A stretch of 64,000 nucleotides of DNA from Octopus vulgaris (lineage: Eukaryota): the NCBI GenBank assembly GCA_951406725.2, contig OX597823.1:18414001-18478000 (forward strand), in the 5' to 3' direction. The translations under genes were made by a program, and so were the position numbers. Positions 12,188 to 24,677 of this stretch are shown here, one piece after another. How positions within the stretch are numbered: the first letter of the stretch is position 1; every line of letters begins with the position of its first letter. Under the pieces are notes generated by a model. The model saw nothing but the letters and a program-made list of their open reading frames with translations. It did not search any database and was not told the origin of the DNA.

Positions 12188-13115
12188 CATTTCTACAACT
12201 GAGCAGACTGGAGCAATGAGAAATGAAGTGTTTTGCTCAAGAACACAACGGATTGCTCAGTCCAGGGATTGAAACCACTATCTTACAGTCGGGAATCCAA
12301 CACCTTAACCACTAAGCGACGTGTCTCCACAAGCTGTACTTATTTCTACAGCTGAGTGGACTGGAGCAATGTGAAATGAAGTGTTTTGCTCAAGAACACA
12401 ACGGATTGCTCGGTCCAGGGATTGAAACCACTATCTTACAGTCGTGAATCCAACACCTTAACCACTAAGCGACGTGCCTTCACAAGCTGTACTTATTTCT
12501 ACAGCTGAGTGGACTGGAGCAATGTGAAATGAAGTGTTTTGCTCAAGAACACAACGGATTGCTCGGTCCAGGGATTGAAACCACTATCTTACAGTCGTGA
12601 ATCCAACACCTTAACCACTAAGCGACGTGTCTCCACAAGCTGTACTTATTTCTACAGCTGAGTGGACTGGAGCAATGTGAAATGAAGTGTTTTGCTCAAG
12701 AACACAACGGATTGCTCAGTCCAGGGATCAAAACCACTATCTTACAGTTTGGAATCCAACACCTTAACCACTAAGTGACGTGTCTCCACAAGCTGTACTT
12801 ATTTCTACAGCTGAGTGGACTGGAGCAATGAGAAATGAAGTGTTTTGCTCAAGAACACAACGGATTGCTCGGTCCAGGGATTGAAACCACTATCTTACAG
12901 TTTGGAATCCAACACCTTAACCACTAAGGAGTGCCTCCACAAGCTCTTACCACTAAGGAGTGCCTCCACAAGCTCTACTTATTTCTACAGCTGAGTGGAC
13001 TGGAACAATGTGAAATGAAGTGTTTTGCTCAAGAACACAATGCATCACCTGGTCCAGGAATCGAAACCACAATCTTATGATTATGAGACCAGCACCCTAA
13101 CGACTAAGCCACGCA
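12188..13115 (-). repeat. Tandem array (~6 x 153 bp) of a tRNA-like SINE 5' head
   Basis: tatttctacagctgagtggactgg at 12341, 12494, 12647, 12800 and 12980. Minus strand has A-box-like CGCTTAGTGG and B-box-like GTTTCAATCC. Monomeric relatives at 33590-33805 and 56935-57070. Confidence 0.85.
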
Positions 13116-13394
13116 CCCCCACCATATGCACACTGTTATATTATGTGAAATATACTGGTGACATCTTGGTGCGTTATATAAAAGTTGCTGTAGCTATTCC
13201 AGTACATTGTATACAATATGCTGTGGGTCTCTGAGCACTTCATGAAATATCTAGTTACACAAATTGATCATCAAATGGCGGTGCCCCAGCAAAATGGCGG
13301 TGCCCCAGCATGGCCACAGCTCATTAGCTGAAACTGGAAAAATCAAAATCAAAATCAAAATCTACTGAAAGGAAAAAAAAAAAAGTAAACATAC

Positions 13395-13954
13395 CTATCT
13401 CCAATTTTTGGAAATATATTTTCTTCAGGTTGCGGTACCAAGACTGAATGGTTTGCTGGTATCTCATCAATAGTGGCCTTAGTATTCAGTCTCCGAAGAA
13501 TCCAATTCCGATCTCGAAATTTTGTCAGTCCAAAATTCTCTTCATCCTTCATGTCTTCCTCATCAGCAGTTTCCTTAATAGGAGGCAAATTAAGGGAGAC
13601 ATAGTCTGGATCAATCTCTGGTGAATCTAATACCACATCATCTAAGTTGATGCCTTTATTTAGGGGCCTACCAGACAGTTCACCATAAGCACTGCCTAGC
13701 TTTAGATTGGATGATTCCTTTTGTTCAACAACAGATTTTTTGATAGGGGGTTCGTAAGTTACTACTTGTTCATCGACATATTTGGGACATAACGGTTTCC
13801 TAATGGGTGGAGATTTATTTGGTGTTTTTAAATTAACGGCAGCAGTTTGACTGATGAGATTTTCTTGTGGTAGTTGATAGTCTGGAATAATGGAGTTCTT
13901 ATCAAGTGGTCCCGAATGAATAGTTAAATCTTTCATTCTTTGATTTTCTACAAC
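13395..13954 (-). CDS. Coding exon F (Pro/acidic linker)
   Basis: Acceptor TTTTCACTGCTAG, donor AG|GTATGT, 560 nt, phase 0-2. Same frame as ORF 13355..13936: VVENQRMKDLTIHSGP...EENIFPKIGD. Confidence 0.9.
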
Positions 13955-14482
13955 CTAGCAGTGAAAAACGAAAAGAAAAAAAAGAAATTAAGAAATTCTT
14001 GGAATGATGGACTTCGGACAATGTCGAAAGAATATGAGAAAACTTTAGGAAATATTTTTACATTCTTCTTCACCCTTTAGCATTTACAAGCAGCAGCTGT
14101 GAATTAAGAAGCATTATTTACTAGTTAGAGGTGATCACCTCTTGATCTAGCTGACACATCATCTTGCTCAGCAGGAAAAGCCCCTCAGCCAAATAACATT
14201 AGATGTATACATTGGCTGAAACAAGTAAAAGAATAAGAAAATAGTATTGTTATGAATGCTAAAGTCGTAAACTTGCAGTTATTGACAAAATTATGACAAA
14301 GTGAACTACGTCCTGGGTGCCATGGAGGGAACCCCTACGAGGATATCTTGAGTCAAGCATCATTTGATATTAGTTTATTCATGAAACAGTCTTCAGTTTT
14401 GGAAACAGTAAAAGATTTTTTTTTTTCTAAATAGTTGCAACATCAACAACAAAAACAATCTGAGAAAAAATGAAACAACAAC

Positions 14483-14584
14483 CTTAGAAACAACAGCCTG
14501 TGCCAGTTGGTCCTCATAAGAATGGTGACCTTCAAAGGAGTCGTCAGAAAGGGATGATAGATCCGACACAGCTTCATCAGATGT
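14483..14584 (-). CDS. Coding exon E
   Basis: Acceptor TTTTTCTCAG, donor AAG|GTTGTT, 102 nt, phase 0-0: TSDEAVSDLSSLSDDSFEGHHSYEDQLAQAVVSK. Confidence 0.85.
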
Positions 14585-15682
14585 CTGAGAAAAAGAAGTC
14601 AAAATAATATGAAGTGATAATATAAATAAATAAATAAATAAATAAATAAATGAATAAATAAATAAATAAAAAGATAAATAAACAAACAAACATCAGAGAT
14701 GCTCTGCCCCATACAAAAATTGCAGGAGATTCCTAAAGATATTGTAAGTTCTTCTCTTGATGGGGACTAAAGCTATTGCAATTTTGGAGAAACTTCTGTT
14801 TCTTGAACTGCTTTCTCAATGTCACAAGCCTTCAACTCCTTACCTTATATGCTTCATAAAAGATGGGCAGCAAAGACTTAATTAGCTTTTGCCAACAAAA
14901 GGCTTCCTCTTGAGTCACTTCTCAACCACAACCACCTTGAAGTAGTTCCAGCTATTTAGTTACCTCCCTTGTGCTTAATAAAAACTTTTTCAAGGGAAAT
15001 TACTCAAATTATCCAATTTATAATGTCCTTGTTCTAATTATCTCCCCTCATTTAACTTAGTCAAACGTTGTATGATAATCTTTCCTACTCTAGGTACAAG
15101 ACCTAAAATTTTGGAGGAAGGGGCCAGTCGATTAGATCGATCCCAGTACGCAACTGGTACCTAATTTATCGATCTCGAAAGGATGAAAGGCTTGGTCGAC
15201 CTCGATGGTATTTGAACTCAGAACGTTTTTGCCAGCTCGCTGCCTTAAACGCTGTATGATAATGAATAAATTTATTGTATACAGTGCGAAGGTGAACTGC
15301 AGTGGCCGTGGTTCTCTGCCTTTTGTAATTCGATACCACTTTTCGCTGAATAGCCTCATAGAACGGTCACAACAACAAAGAGATTATTATTAATCAAAAC
15401 GAAAGCTAATTTTGTGCCGTAGTTGTTATCGTAAGGTAAATACCACAATGACCGATATACAAACTATAGTAGAAAAGGCTAGCCACTGGATGAGCGATGG
15501 CTAGAAGAATATTGATCTTTATTTAATAACCAGTTGACCTAGCAAGCGGGGCCTCAATGATGCCGTCGAGAGGTAGGCCCCGAAACGGCATGCGTACTTT
15601 CCTGATGACCCCATACACTTGCTGGCTTCCGGTATGCGGAGTTCTCGACTGGTAACACTTGCAAGTTATTTGCAAAACGTGT

Positions 15683-16125
15683 GGATCTTTTCGGTTTGAC
15701 CGGCAGTTTTTTTTTAATAATTTCCACGTAACTAAACACTTTTAAACTTCGTATACTGGTAGAATGTGTTTATAAAACATATTTTTCTCTTGGCTTTATT
15801 GAGAAAATTCTATAGTTTGTAAGATATTTGTTTTTTTGGGTTTTTTTCAATTTCTGCAATTTCAACCAATCAATGACGTCTATTGAGATGAAAACATTCT
15901 GTGCCGTATGAATATGTCCCTCGTTTAAGAAACAGATTGGGTTTATTTACATTTCTGAAAAAAAAAAGATACTCTTCCCCCCACCCCTAATCCTAACTGA
16001 CCCTAATTTTAACCCTAACCCTAAAACAGATTGAAATGCAATAGATCGATACTAGGGTCATAATTATGGGTGACAATTTCATATGACACTGCTAGAAAAA
16101 ACTGCCGTTCAAACCGAAAAGATCC
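15683..16125. mobile_element. MITE with GGATC-starting TIRs and 8-bp TSD (Merlin-like)
   Basis: ggatcttttcggtttgaccggcagttttt / aaaaactgccgttcaaaccgaaaagatcc. TSD aaacgtgt / aaacatgt. Internal CCCTAA units. Confidence 0.85.
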
Positions 16126-16571
16126 AAACATGTTCTTATATTATCTCATTCACTAAATGTGTCTCTTTTCAGATATTTACATGGACTTACGCATTGTTAA
16201 AGTGTTAAGATTTTATGGAAATTACTGAAGACGATAAGGACTTTATAATGAAATGGTATAGTACCACAGTCCTAATCTTGCTCACTGATAACACATATTA
16301 TCTTTTATTTTCCAGTTGTTTCTGTCTTTAGACTGCAGCCATGCTGGGGCACTGCCTTGAAGAATTTCTGCAGAATCAATCTCCCCCAGAGCATATTTCT
16401 TTGTTAAACCTATTCCTACATATTCTATCTGTCTGTTTTGCAGAACTCCTAAGTTACAGGGATGTGGTGGTGTGGTATACACGCACATGCACGCGGCAGG
16501 CTTCTTTTAGTTTCCATTTACTACATCCGTTCACAAGGCTCTGGTCAGCCTGAGGCTATAGTAGAACTGTG

Positions 16572-17040
16572 GGATCTTTTCCTTTTGAACGGCACATGTC
16601 AACACAATTTCTAGTTAACTAAGCACTTTTAAACTTCGTATACTGCTACAGAAAATGGGATTTTTTTCTAGCTATGTCAAATGAAAATGTCACCCATAAT
16701 TATAACCCTAGTATTTCAATCTATTTTAGATTTAGGGTTAGGGGTGGGGGAAGCGTATCTTTTTTTCTTCGCAAATGTAAATAAACCCAATCTGTTTCTT
16801 AAACGAGGGACATATTCATACAGCACGGAATGTTATTTAGCTAAATGGACACCAATGATTGGTTAAAATTGCCGAAATGCTCGAAATCTCAGATGAAATA
16901 TCTTACAAACTATAGAATTTTCTCAATAAAGCCAAGAAAAAATGATGTTTTATAAACACATTCTACCAGTATACGAAGTTTAAAAGTGTTTAGTTAACTA
17001 GAAATTGTGTTGACATGTGCCGTTCAAAAGGAAAAGATCC
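16572..17040. mobile_element. MITE, same superfamily, ~75-bp TIRs, inserted into a family A SINE
   Basis: Perfect 8-bp TSD gaactgtg at 16564-16571 and 17041-17048. TIR ggatcttttccttttgaacggcacatgtcaacac. Confidence 0.9.
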
Positions 17041-17350
17041 GAACTGTGTGGTTGGGAAGCAAGCATCTTACCACACAGCCACATCTGCAATCGATCCCAA
17101 CAAATATTTCTATTGAAAGTGTTTAAATTTAAATATAAATATTGTGTCAGATTGAAATATTGTATTTCTAAGAAAACTTACAACCTCTCTAAATACCAGT
17201 CCTACCTTGCTACCTCCAGCGCTATCTTGATATTTGCAATCCACTTGTGAACTCAAAATTCCCCTACCAAAGAATCATTACTACCACTCTACTATAAATA
17301 ACAGCTATTTCCATTTTAAAGAAAGGAAGAGTGAAAAATGTAGTACCCGT

Positions 17351-17520
17351 AGGCATAGGAGTGGCTGTGTGGTAAGTAGCTTGCTTACCAACCACATGGT
17401 TCCGGGTTCAGTACCACTGCGTGGCACCTTGGGTAAGTGTCTTCTACTATAGCCTCAGGCCGACCAAAGCCTTGTGAGTGGATTTGGTAGACGGAAACTG
17501 AAAGAAGCCCGTCGTATATT

Positions 17521-17560
<40 letters not shown>

Positions 17561-17790
17561 GTGTGTGTGTGTGTATGTGCGTGTTTTTGTGTTTTTGTGT
17601 TTGTCCCCCTAGAATTGCTTGACAACCGATGCTGGTGTGTTTACGTCCCCGTAACTTAGCGGTTCGGCAAAAAAGAAACCGATAAAATAAGTACTAGGCT
17701 TACAAAGAATAAGTCCTGGGGTCGATTTGATCGACTAAAGGTGGTGCTCCAGCATGGCCACAGTCACATGACTGAAACAAGTAAAAGAGT
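17351..17790 (+). mobile_element. SINE family A, full-length copy
   Basis: aggagtggctgtgtggtaag (A-box-like), GGTTCAGTACC (B-box-like), tail gactgaaacaagtaaaagag. Confidence 0.88.
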
Positions 17791-18194
17791 ACCCAATATG
17801 CAAAAAATAGGATGGTCACATATGGAACCCTTTTGATCAAAAGTGTAATTGATTAGTGTATAATACAGATTCTTGTCACCAATTCTGGGAGCTGCACTCA
17901 TGTCAGGAATCTTCCATGTAGTAGACCTCGTGTGAGGACACTTCCATGTATGGCTCAACTTGCTAGAAGTAACAACTAAATTTCCCTCTAATCACACATT
18001 AGTCTTGAAAATAGGATACAGAGAATATTAAGTTTAGAAAAATACATTATGGTTATGACTGGAATAGTGTTGACCATAGGACTACTTAGACACGGTTGAC
18101 CTAGGGTTAAACAGCATAGATAACAACCCATATTCACAATAGACAAACACAAGTCTCTATGTAGTTGCTCTAGGCAGTTGGAAATAAGTTTTTT

Positions 18195-18592
18195 TAAAGA
18201 TCACCCATAAAATTATTTACCATCTTACTAACAATAACTCTGAGCACCTTTTCAAACTCCACCTGTCTAACACCCGTGGACATGTTTACAAAGTCAGAAG
18301 ACAGCACAGTACCCATGACTTTCGGAAACAGTTTTTCACAGTAAGAGGTTGCTGAAGCATGGAACAAACTGCTGACATCAGTTGTTAGTTGTCGGAGCAC
18401 TGCGTCCTTCAAAACTTCCATGCTTCCTGAGATTCGCCAACACTACACCTGATTTTCTCCCCTCCTTACACACACAAGCATGTATCTGACTCATGCATTG
18501 TTCGCTTTCCAGACATTTCTACATTACTGCATATGCTTTATAAGCACTTTTGACAAGTTGTGGTGCACCTGAGCACTGTATACAATAATTTC
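18195..18592 (+). mobile_element. CR1-clade LINE 3' fragment (ORF2 C-terminus plus 3'UTR)
   Basis: Translates NTRGHVYKVRRQHSTHDFRKQFFTVR / VAEAWNKLLTSVVSCRSTASFKTSM (CR1 TRGH..FF..RV...WN.LP..VV...S...FK). Ends gtgcacctgagcactgtatacaataatttc. Confidence 0.85.
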
Positions 18593-18850
18593 GGGTTTTT
18601 CCACGTGAGACCTTTTCCTTTTTTTCGTAACGCCTCCCCCTATTGGGACTTTTTCGTTGTTAAACTGCTTTTTACTCGTTTTTTTTCACAAATGGACGAA
18701 ACCTTTTGTAACCTTTCATCCTGTTTTGTCCCTTTATGTTTTCCAATCATATTTGTTAGCCCTTGTGGCCAATAAAGAGAATTAATCATTATTATTATTA
18801 TCATTATTATTATTATTATTATTATTATAGTTGTTCATCAGTGGGCTTAC

Positions 18851-18951
18851 CAGATCAACAGACTCTCCCAGATGATCCTCAACCAAGCGAGATACAATGT
18901 GTTTAACTTTCTGTGATGAAGCAGCAGAGTTCTCATCGTCTTCGAGATAGT
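18851..18951 (-). CDS. Coding exon D
   Basis: Acceptor TTATTACAG, donor CTG|GTAAGC, 101 nt, phase 1-0: NYLEDDENSAASSQKVKHIVSRLVEDHLGESVDL. Confidence 0.88.
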
Positions 18952-19285
18952 CTGTAATAAACAAACAGTAGAAAGTACATTGTGAATATTAGAAACAGAC
19001 AAACATATTACCACTGAGTATGGTAGAATGGTATGGAACCTCTTTTCGCTTGAATCATTTATTGTTTCAATGTATTTTGAAATATTATATGACAGCCGTA
19101 AAGAAAATGCTCATCTTTGCATTTTTCCAAGGATTTGTGCAAGTGACACATACAAAAATGGCTATTTGTAAAGCTCATCTTTTCCATTTCGTTTTTGGCT
19201 CTCATGGGAATATTCCAAAACTTTAAACTTCATACAAATGAGGTCACGCTAAGAACTACCCTCAGGAAACTGTGTTATAGTTTAA

Positions 19286-19504
19286 CCCTTTAGTGTTCAG
19301 ATTATTCAATCAAACATAATGTCTATTGATTCCCATTGATTTGAATTAATCATGCATTATCTCATATCTTCAAGATCTTGATTGTGTAATTACCTAATGT
19401 AGAATAACATTGTAGGGTAGGCGTGAGAGCCTGGATCTGGTCAGTTTGAACATAAAACAGATTAAGTATTTTGGCCGGATATGGCCGGTTTAAATACTAA
19501 AGGG
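19286..19504. mobile_element. piggyBac-like MITE
   Basis: TTAA|CCCTTTAG...CTAAAGGG|TTAA. Related copies near 8727, 35755, 38738 and 60060. Confidence 0.8.
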
Positions 19505-20082
19505 TTAAGTAGTATTTTTTAAAGAAGCATTTTTTTTCATATATATACATTTTAAAAACAATGTATGAATGTGTGTATGACTTTTTTTTTTTTTTAATTC
19601 CTTTGAAACCAACATTTTTATTCCCTGAACCAGGACAAAATTCAGGGTTAGCATTTACACAAAAGATATTTCATTCCATGCATACAAGGTGCTAACAGTT
19701 CTATTCTTTTGTTGAACTATTTCTACCTTGAAAAAATTCTTGAATGTTTCACTTTGTCTTGCTTTGTGATGATCATATTGCCAATAAACACACACACACA
19801 CATACACTGACTGTAGTTCACTTTAGATTTAATTTAATTGCTAACTAATTTGTCAATTTTTTTTTAATCACATCTACGCCCTTTTTCAATAATTTCATTT
19901 TCTCCAAATTATTATCTAGTGTATGTTACATTATCAAATATTTTCTATGTTACTGTTTTGTGTTTATTATGACTTAAAATTTTTTTATTTAATTTTCATT
20001 TGCAATTGTTTATGTTAGTGCTAACATAAGAATGTGTGTATGTATGTAGTCTGTAAGTTGTATGGCTGTATAGTTTTTAGGT

Positions 20083-20315
20083 AAGGAGGCGAGCTGGCAG
20101 AAACGTTAGCACGCTGGACGAAATGCTCAGCAGTATTTTGTCTGTCGTTACGTTGTGAGTTCAAATTCCGCCGAGGTCGACTTTGCCTTTCATCCTTTCG
20201 GGGTCAATAAATTAAGTACCAGTTACGCACTGGAGTCGATGTAATCGACTTAATACCTATGTCTGTCTTTGTTTGTCCCCTCTGTGTTTAGCCCCTTGTG
20301 GGTAATAAAGAAATA
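20083..20315 (+). mobile_element. SINE family B copy
   Basis: Full family B sequence, flanked by direct repeat gtatagtttttaggtaag. Confidence 0.85.
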
Positions 20316-21277
20316 CGTATAGTTTTTAGGTAAGTCTGTGAAAGTGTATTTGTGTGTACGCATGAGTGAATGAGTGGTGGTTGACTTTCATCTTACTTTA
20401 TCTTCATCCTTGTTTTACTGCAATGGAAGTATCAGAATTATTTCACTCACTCCCTCTAGAGGCCATGTGTTGGGAGGGAATCTTCTTCCAGTATGTGTGC
20501 AACATCTGTAACTTGTCAGTATGTCAAATCATTCGGACATACGGAAAGAAGTTTTATTTTAACTTAACTGAATGGCATGTTGGTAGAATAAGGATGTCTG
20601 TTTTCTAGTATTCAATTCACACTAGTGTTCCTCAATCCTTTCACCCAAACTATAAACCATTTCTCCTATATAGACTGTAGTAGTATTCTTACACTGCTCT
20701 TCCATGCACTTTATGTAGTGTACAACATGAGGTACACTACAAATTTGCAAACTTACTCATTACTGGGTGTAACATCAGTGAACATCATATCTTTGAGTTT
20801 GTTCAATGAGGTTTAAAAGAAAAGCAATTTACAAGGAAGGCTCATGGCATGACAACACCAAATTACAATGTGTAGCATTCATTGATACTAAATTCAGGCA
20901 TGAGCTGAACCAGAAATTTACGAAAGCACTACACAAAATTAAACTAAAAGCCAAAATAATAGAAAAGCAAAACAGACACATCTAGACAATTTCTATTATA
21001 TTATATAAGTGATACCCATTTGAGAATGAAACACTGCTGACAATAACTGCAGAGTGTACACAACCAACTCATAAATATACAGCAAAACTAAGTACGTAGT
21101 GTACCACATGGGTCACAACCAATATTGGAGAGATGGCCTGCAGTATGGGTGAAAGGATCAAAGTACAATGAGGGGAATACAATAAAAAGAAATACACATT
21201 TATCCTCTACTAATATGCCAAACAGAAATATAGTGGTTCCATAAAAAATATTGAAGTAAAAATTCTTTCAACATTGA

Positions 21278-21680
21278 CACAGGAGTGGCTGCGTGATAAG
21301 TAGCTTGCTTACCAACCACATGGTTCCAGGTTCAGTCCCACTGCATGGCACCTTGGGCAAGTGTCTTCTGCTATAGCCTCAGGCCAACCAAAGCCTTGTG
21401 AGTGGAAAAGCCTTGTAGATGGAAACTGAAAGAAGCCCGTTCCAATATATGTGTATATATATGTTTGTGTGTCTGTGTTTGTCCTCCCCCCCCCAACATC
21501 ACTTGACAACCGATGATCGTGTGTTTACGTCCCCGTAACTTAGCGGTTCGGCAAAAGAGGCCGATCGAATAAGTACTAGGCGAACAAAGAATAAGTCCTG
21601 GGGTTGATTTTCTAGACTAAAAGGTGGTGCTCCAGCATGGCCACAGTCAAATGACCGAAACAGGTAAAAGAGTAAAAGAG
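21278..21680 (+). mobile_element. SINE family A copy
   Basis: Family A consensus match. Confidence 0.85.
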
Positions 21681-22274
21681 TATATATAAAAGATCCAGAG
21701 ATTACAGAAGTAGAACGTTTACTGGAAGCTGATTCTAACCCCACACACATCTATATTAGGAAAAAAAAATGAGTGGGGTAACATCTTTACAACATCCAAC
21801 ATAACTCCAGTAATAGAAGAATGCAAAAATAAAATAGGATTGAAGTCAACTAAAGTCAACAACCTCACACATACACAAACCATAAACATACAAGCTATAC
21901 ACACATGCAAAACACATACACACACCCACTCAATCACATTCTTATGTTGGAAAATAGAAAGATAAGTTCATGAAAATAAAAAAATAGAAACAGACAAAAT
22001 GATAACAGACACACATGGATGACAACTAAAGTTTATGAATATTCGATACTAAAGTTTATGTATTAGAGCTAAAGTTTATGTATATTAGATAAACAAGATT
22101 AGTTGGAGAATTTGAAATCACTGAAAAGGTCACAGCAGCGTGATAAAACATCAATGACAAATTAGTTGATAAAGTAAAATTGAAGTGAGCTACAACCAAT
22201 GTGTGTGCATGTGTTTATTGGCAGTATGACCCTCCCAAAGTTTGTTGATTTTGGTTTCAACACAGTTTTACATC

Positions 22275-22558
22275 AAGGCCAGTGCCACCTTGACTGGCTT
22301 CCGTGCTGGTGGCACGTAAAAGGCACCAACCGATTGTGGCCGTTGACAGCCTCCTCTGGCCCTTGTGCCGGTAGCACATAAAAAGCACCCACTACATTCA
22401 CGGAGTGGTTGGCGTTAGGAAGGACATCCAGCTGTAGAAACACTGCCAGATCAGACTGGAGCCTGGTGCAGCCCCCTGGCTTCCCAGACCCCCCGGTCGA
22501 ACCGTCCAACCCATGCTAGCATGGAAAACGGACATTAAATGATGATGATGATGATGAT
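22275..22558 (+). mobile_element. Family C retroposon copy
   Basis: ggttggcgttaggaagg...catgctagcatggaaaacggacattaaat(gat)n. Confidence 0.75.
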
Positions 22559-22694
22559 TCTTGCAAACCAAATTTAAAAAATGAAACGTGCATGTGTGTA
22601 ACATGAAGACTTTAGTTTTTATTTATTTTTACACACACACATACACACACACACACACACACACAAACTATAAAGATATGTAATAGATACTCAC

Positions 22695-22778
22695 TCTCAA
22701 CAGCCAGCTGTAACCGCTGTGATAAATCAGACAACAATTCTCGAATACGGCTGCGATAATTAACCATTATGTCACCAA
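22695..22778 (-). CDS. Coding exon C (amphipathic helix)
   Basis: Acceptor TTTCTTTCTCCAG, donor GTGAGT, 84 nt, phase 1-1: FGDIMVNYRSRIRELLSDLSQRLQLAVE. Confidence 0.87.
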
Positions 22779-22914
22779 CTGGAGAAAGAAAAGGAAGAAT
22801 TTGATTAATATCATAATCAACATAATCACATTATCATCATCACCATGATTTCTTTCCTACAATATTCTTCTTGTGCTACTGTTGTCATTAAGTCTTTAAT
22901 TAATCATGTATTAT

Positions 22915-23291
22915 ACTCTCTTTTACTTGTTTCAGTCATTTGACTGCGGCCATGCTGGAGCATCGCCTTTAGTCGAGCAACTCGACCCCAGGACTTATTC
23001 TTTGTAAGCCCAGTACTTATTCTATCGGTCTCTTTTGCCGAACCGCTAAGTGACAGCAACGTAAACACACCAGCATCGGTTGTCAAGCAATGCTAGGGGG
23101 ACAAACACAGATATACAAACATACACACACACATATATATATATATATACATATATACGACGGGCTTCTTTCAGTTTCCATCTACCAAATTCACTCACAA
23201 GGCTTTGGTCGGCCCGAGGCTATAGTAGAAGACACTTTCCCAACATGCCACGCAGTGGGACTGAACCCGGAACCATGTGGTTGGTAAGCAA
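22915..23291 (-). mobile_element. SINE family A copy
   Basis: Family A consensus match. Confidence 0.85.
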
Positions 23292-23753
23292 GATATATAG
23301 TCTTGAGATTTTGCTGATGTGATTGCTTATTTTTTAGAATGACATTGTAGGGTAGGTACAACAGGCTGGATCTGGCCAGTTTCAACATAAAACTGGGTAG
23401 AATATATAGGCTGGATTAGCGGAATTTCGTCTCTCTATGTTCTGAGTTCAAATTCCGCCGAAGTCGACTTCACCTTTCATCCTTTCAGGGTTGATAAATT
23501 AAGTACCAGTGGCACACTGGTGTCGATCTAATCAACAAGCCCCCTCCCTAAAAATTTCGGGCCTTGCACCTAGAGTAGAAAAGTATATATAGGCTGGATG
23601 TAACCGGTTTAAATACTAAAGATGTAGACATATAAATATTGTATATATAGACTCTACAATCATGTTAATGATATAGATATATAAATAATACATATATACA
23701 TACATACATATATATAAAGTTAATCCAAACATGAAAATATATATATATATATA

Positions 23754-23791
<38 letters not shown>

Positions 23792-24144
23792 AAAACAGCA
23801 AAATGTGTGTGCGTGTGTATACTTTATACAAATCCACAATTTTTCAGTTATAGTGCTCGCACTTTCTATGGTCATTCAAAACCATCCAAGGGTGGTTGTG
23901 CACATCTTTACATTTCCTCAGTCATCTCGCAAAGCCATTAAAAAATCAATAGAAGTTACTTTTTTGTGAATTTTCTATCCACAACCCAATCAAAATGCCC
24001 GAAACTTGATACGCCAATTGAATGCCAGCTAGCTGTATGTGATTGGTCGGAGATTTGGACAGTACTTGCGTGTATGTGCGCATGCACACAGCTGTATATG
24101 CATGCACTAGTACTATGACCCGGCGTTGCCAGGTCATAGTGCTA

Positions 24145-24181
<37 letters not shown>

Positions 24182-24677
24182 TATATACACATATAAATTT
24201 TAAAAATACACACTAAATACAGGACATCACCAACGAGCAAAAAATACATAAACACACAAGAGACAAGTACAGGAAATATATATATATATACTAACAGAGA
24301 TACCCAGCGTTGCCCATGTTTCATGCAATTGAAGAAATGGACTTTTCTGTTATATTTTCTGTAATGAACTGGACTACCTATGTAGTGGCACCTTAGGCAA
24401 GTGTCTTTTACCATAGCATTGGGCCGACCAAAGCCTTGTGAGTGGATTTGGTAGATGGAAACTGAAAGAAGCCCATCATATATGTGTGTGTGTGTGTATG
24501 TTTGTTTGTCCCTCCCACCATCGCTTGACAACAGCACCGGATAACACCACTAGTATTGATATCCCCACTAACAGAAGAAGTTTCAAACAGTTGTTCAACC
24601 TACCAAAAGTAGACATGTTAGATAATGTGGACCAAGATAAGCCCTGCAGTAAATTGTATGCATTGCTTAGGTACGCT

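Noticed and set aside
15541-15600. HDV-like ribozyme on the minus strand
   Set aside because: Two crossing helices are present, but there is no P3/P4 or catalytic C-A-A junction.
15983-16024. Interstitial telomere
   Set aside because: Only a few CCCTAA units, and they are an internal part of the MITE family.
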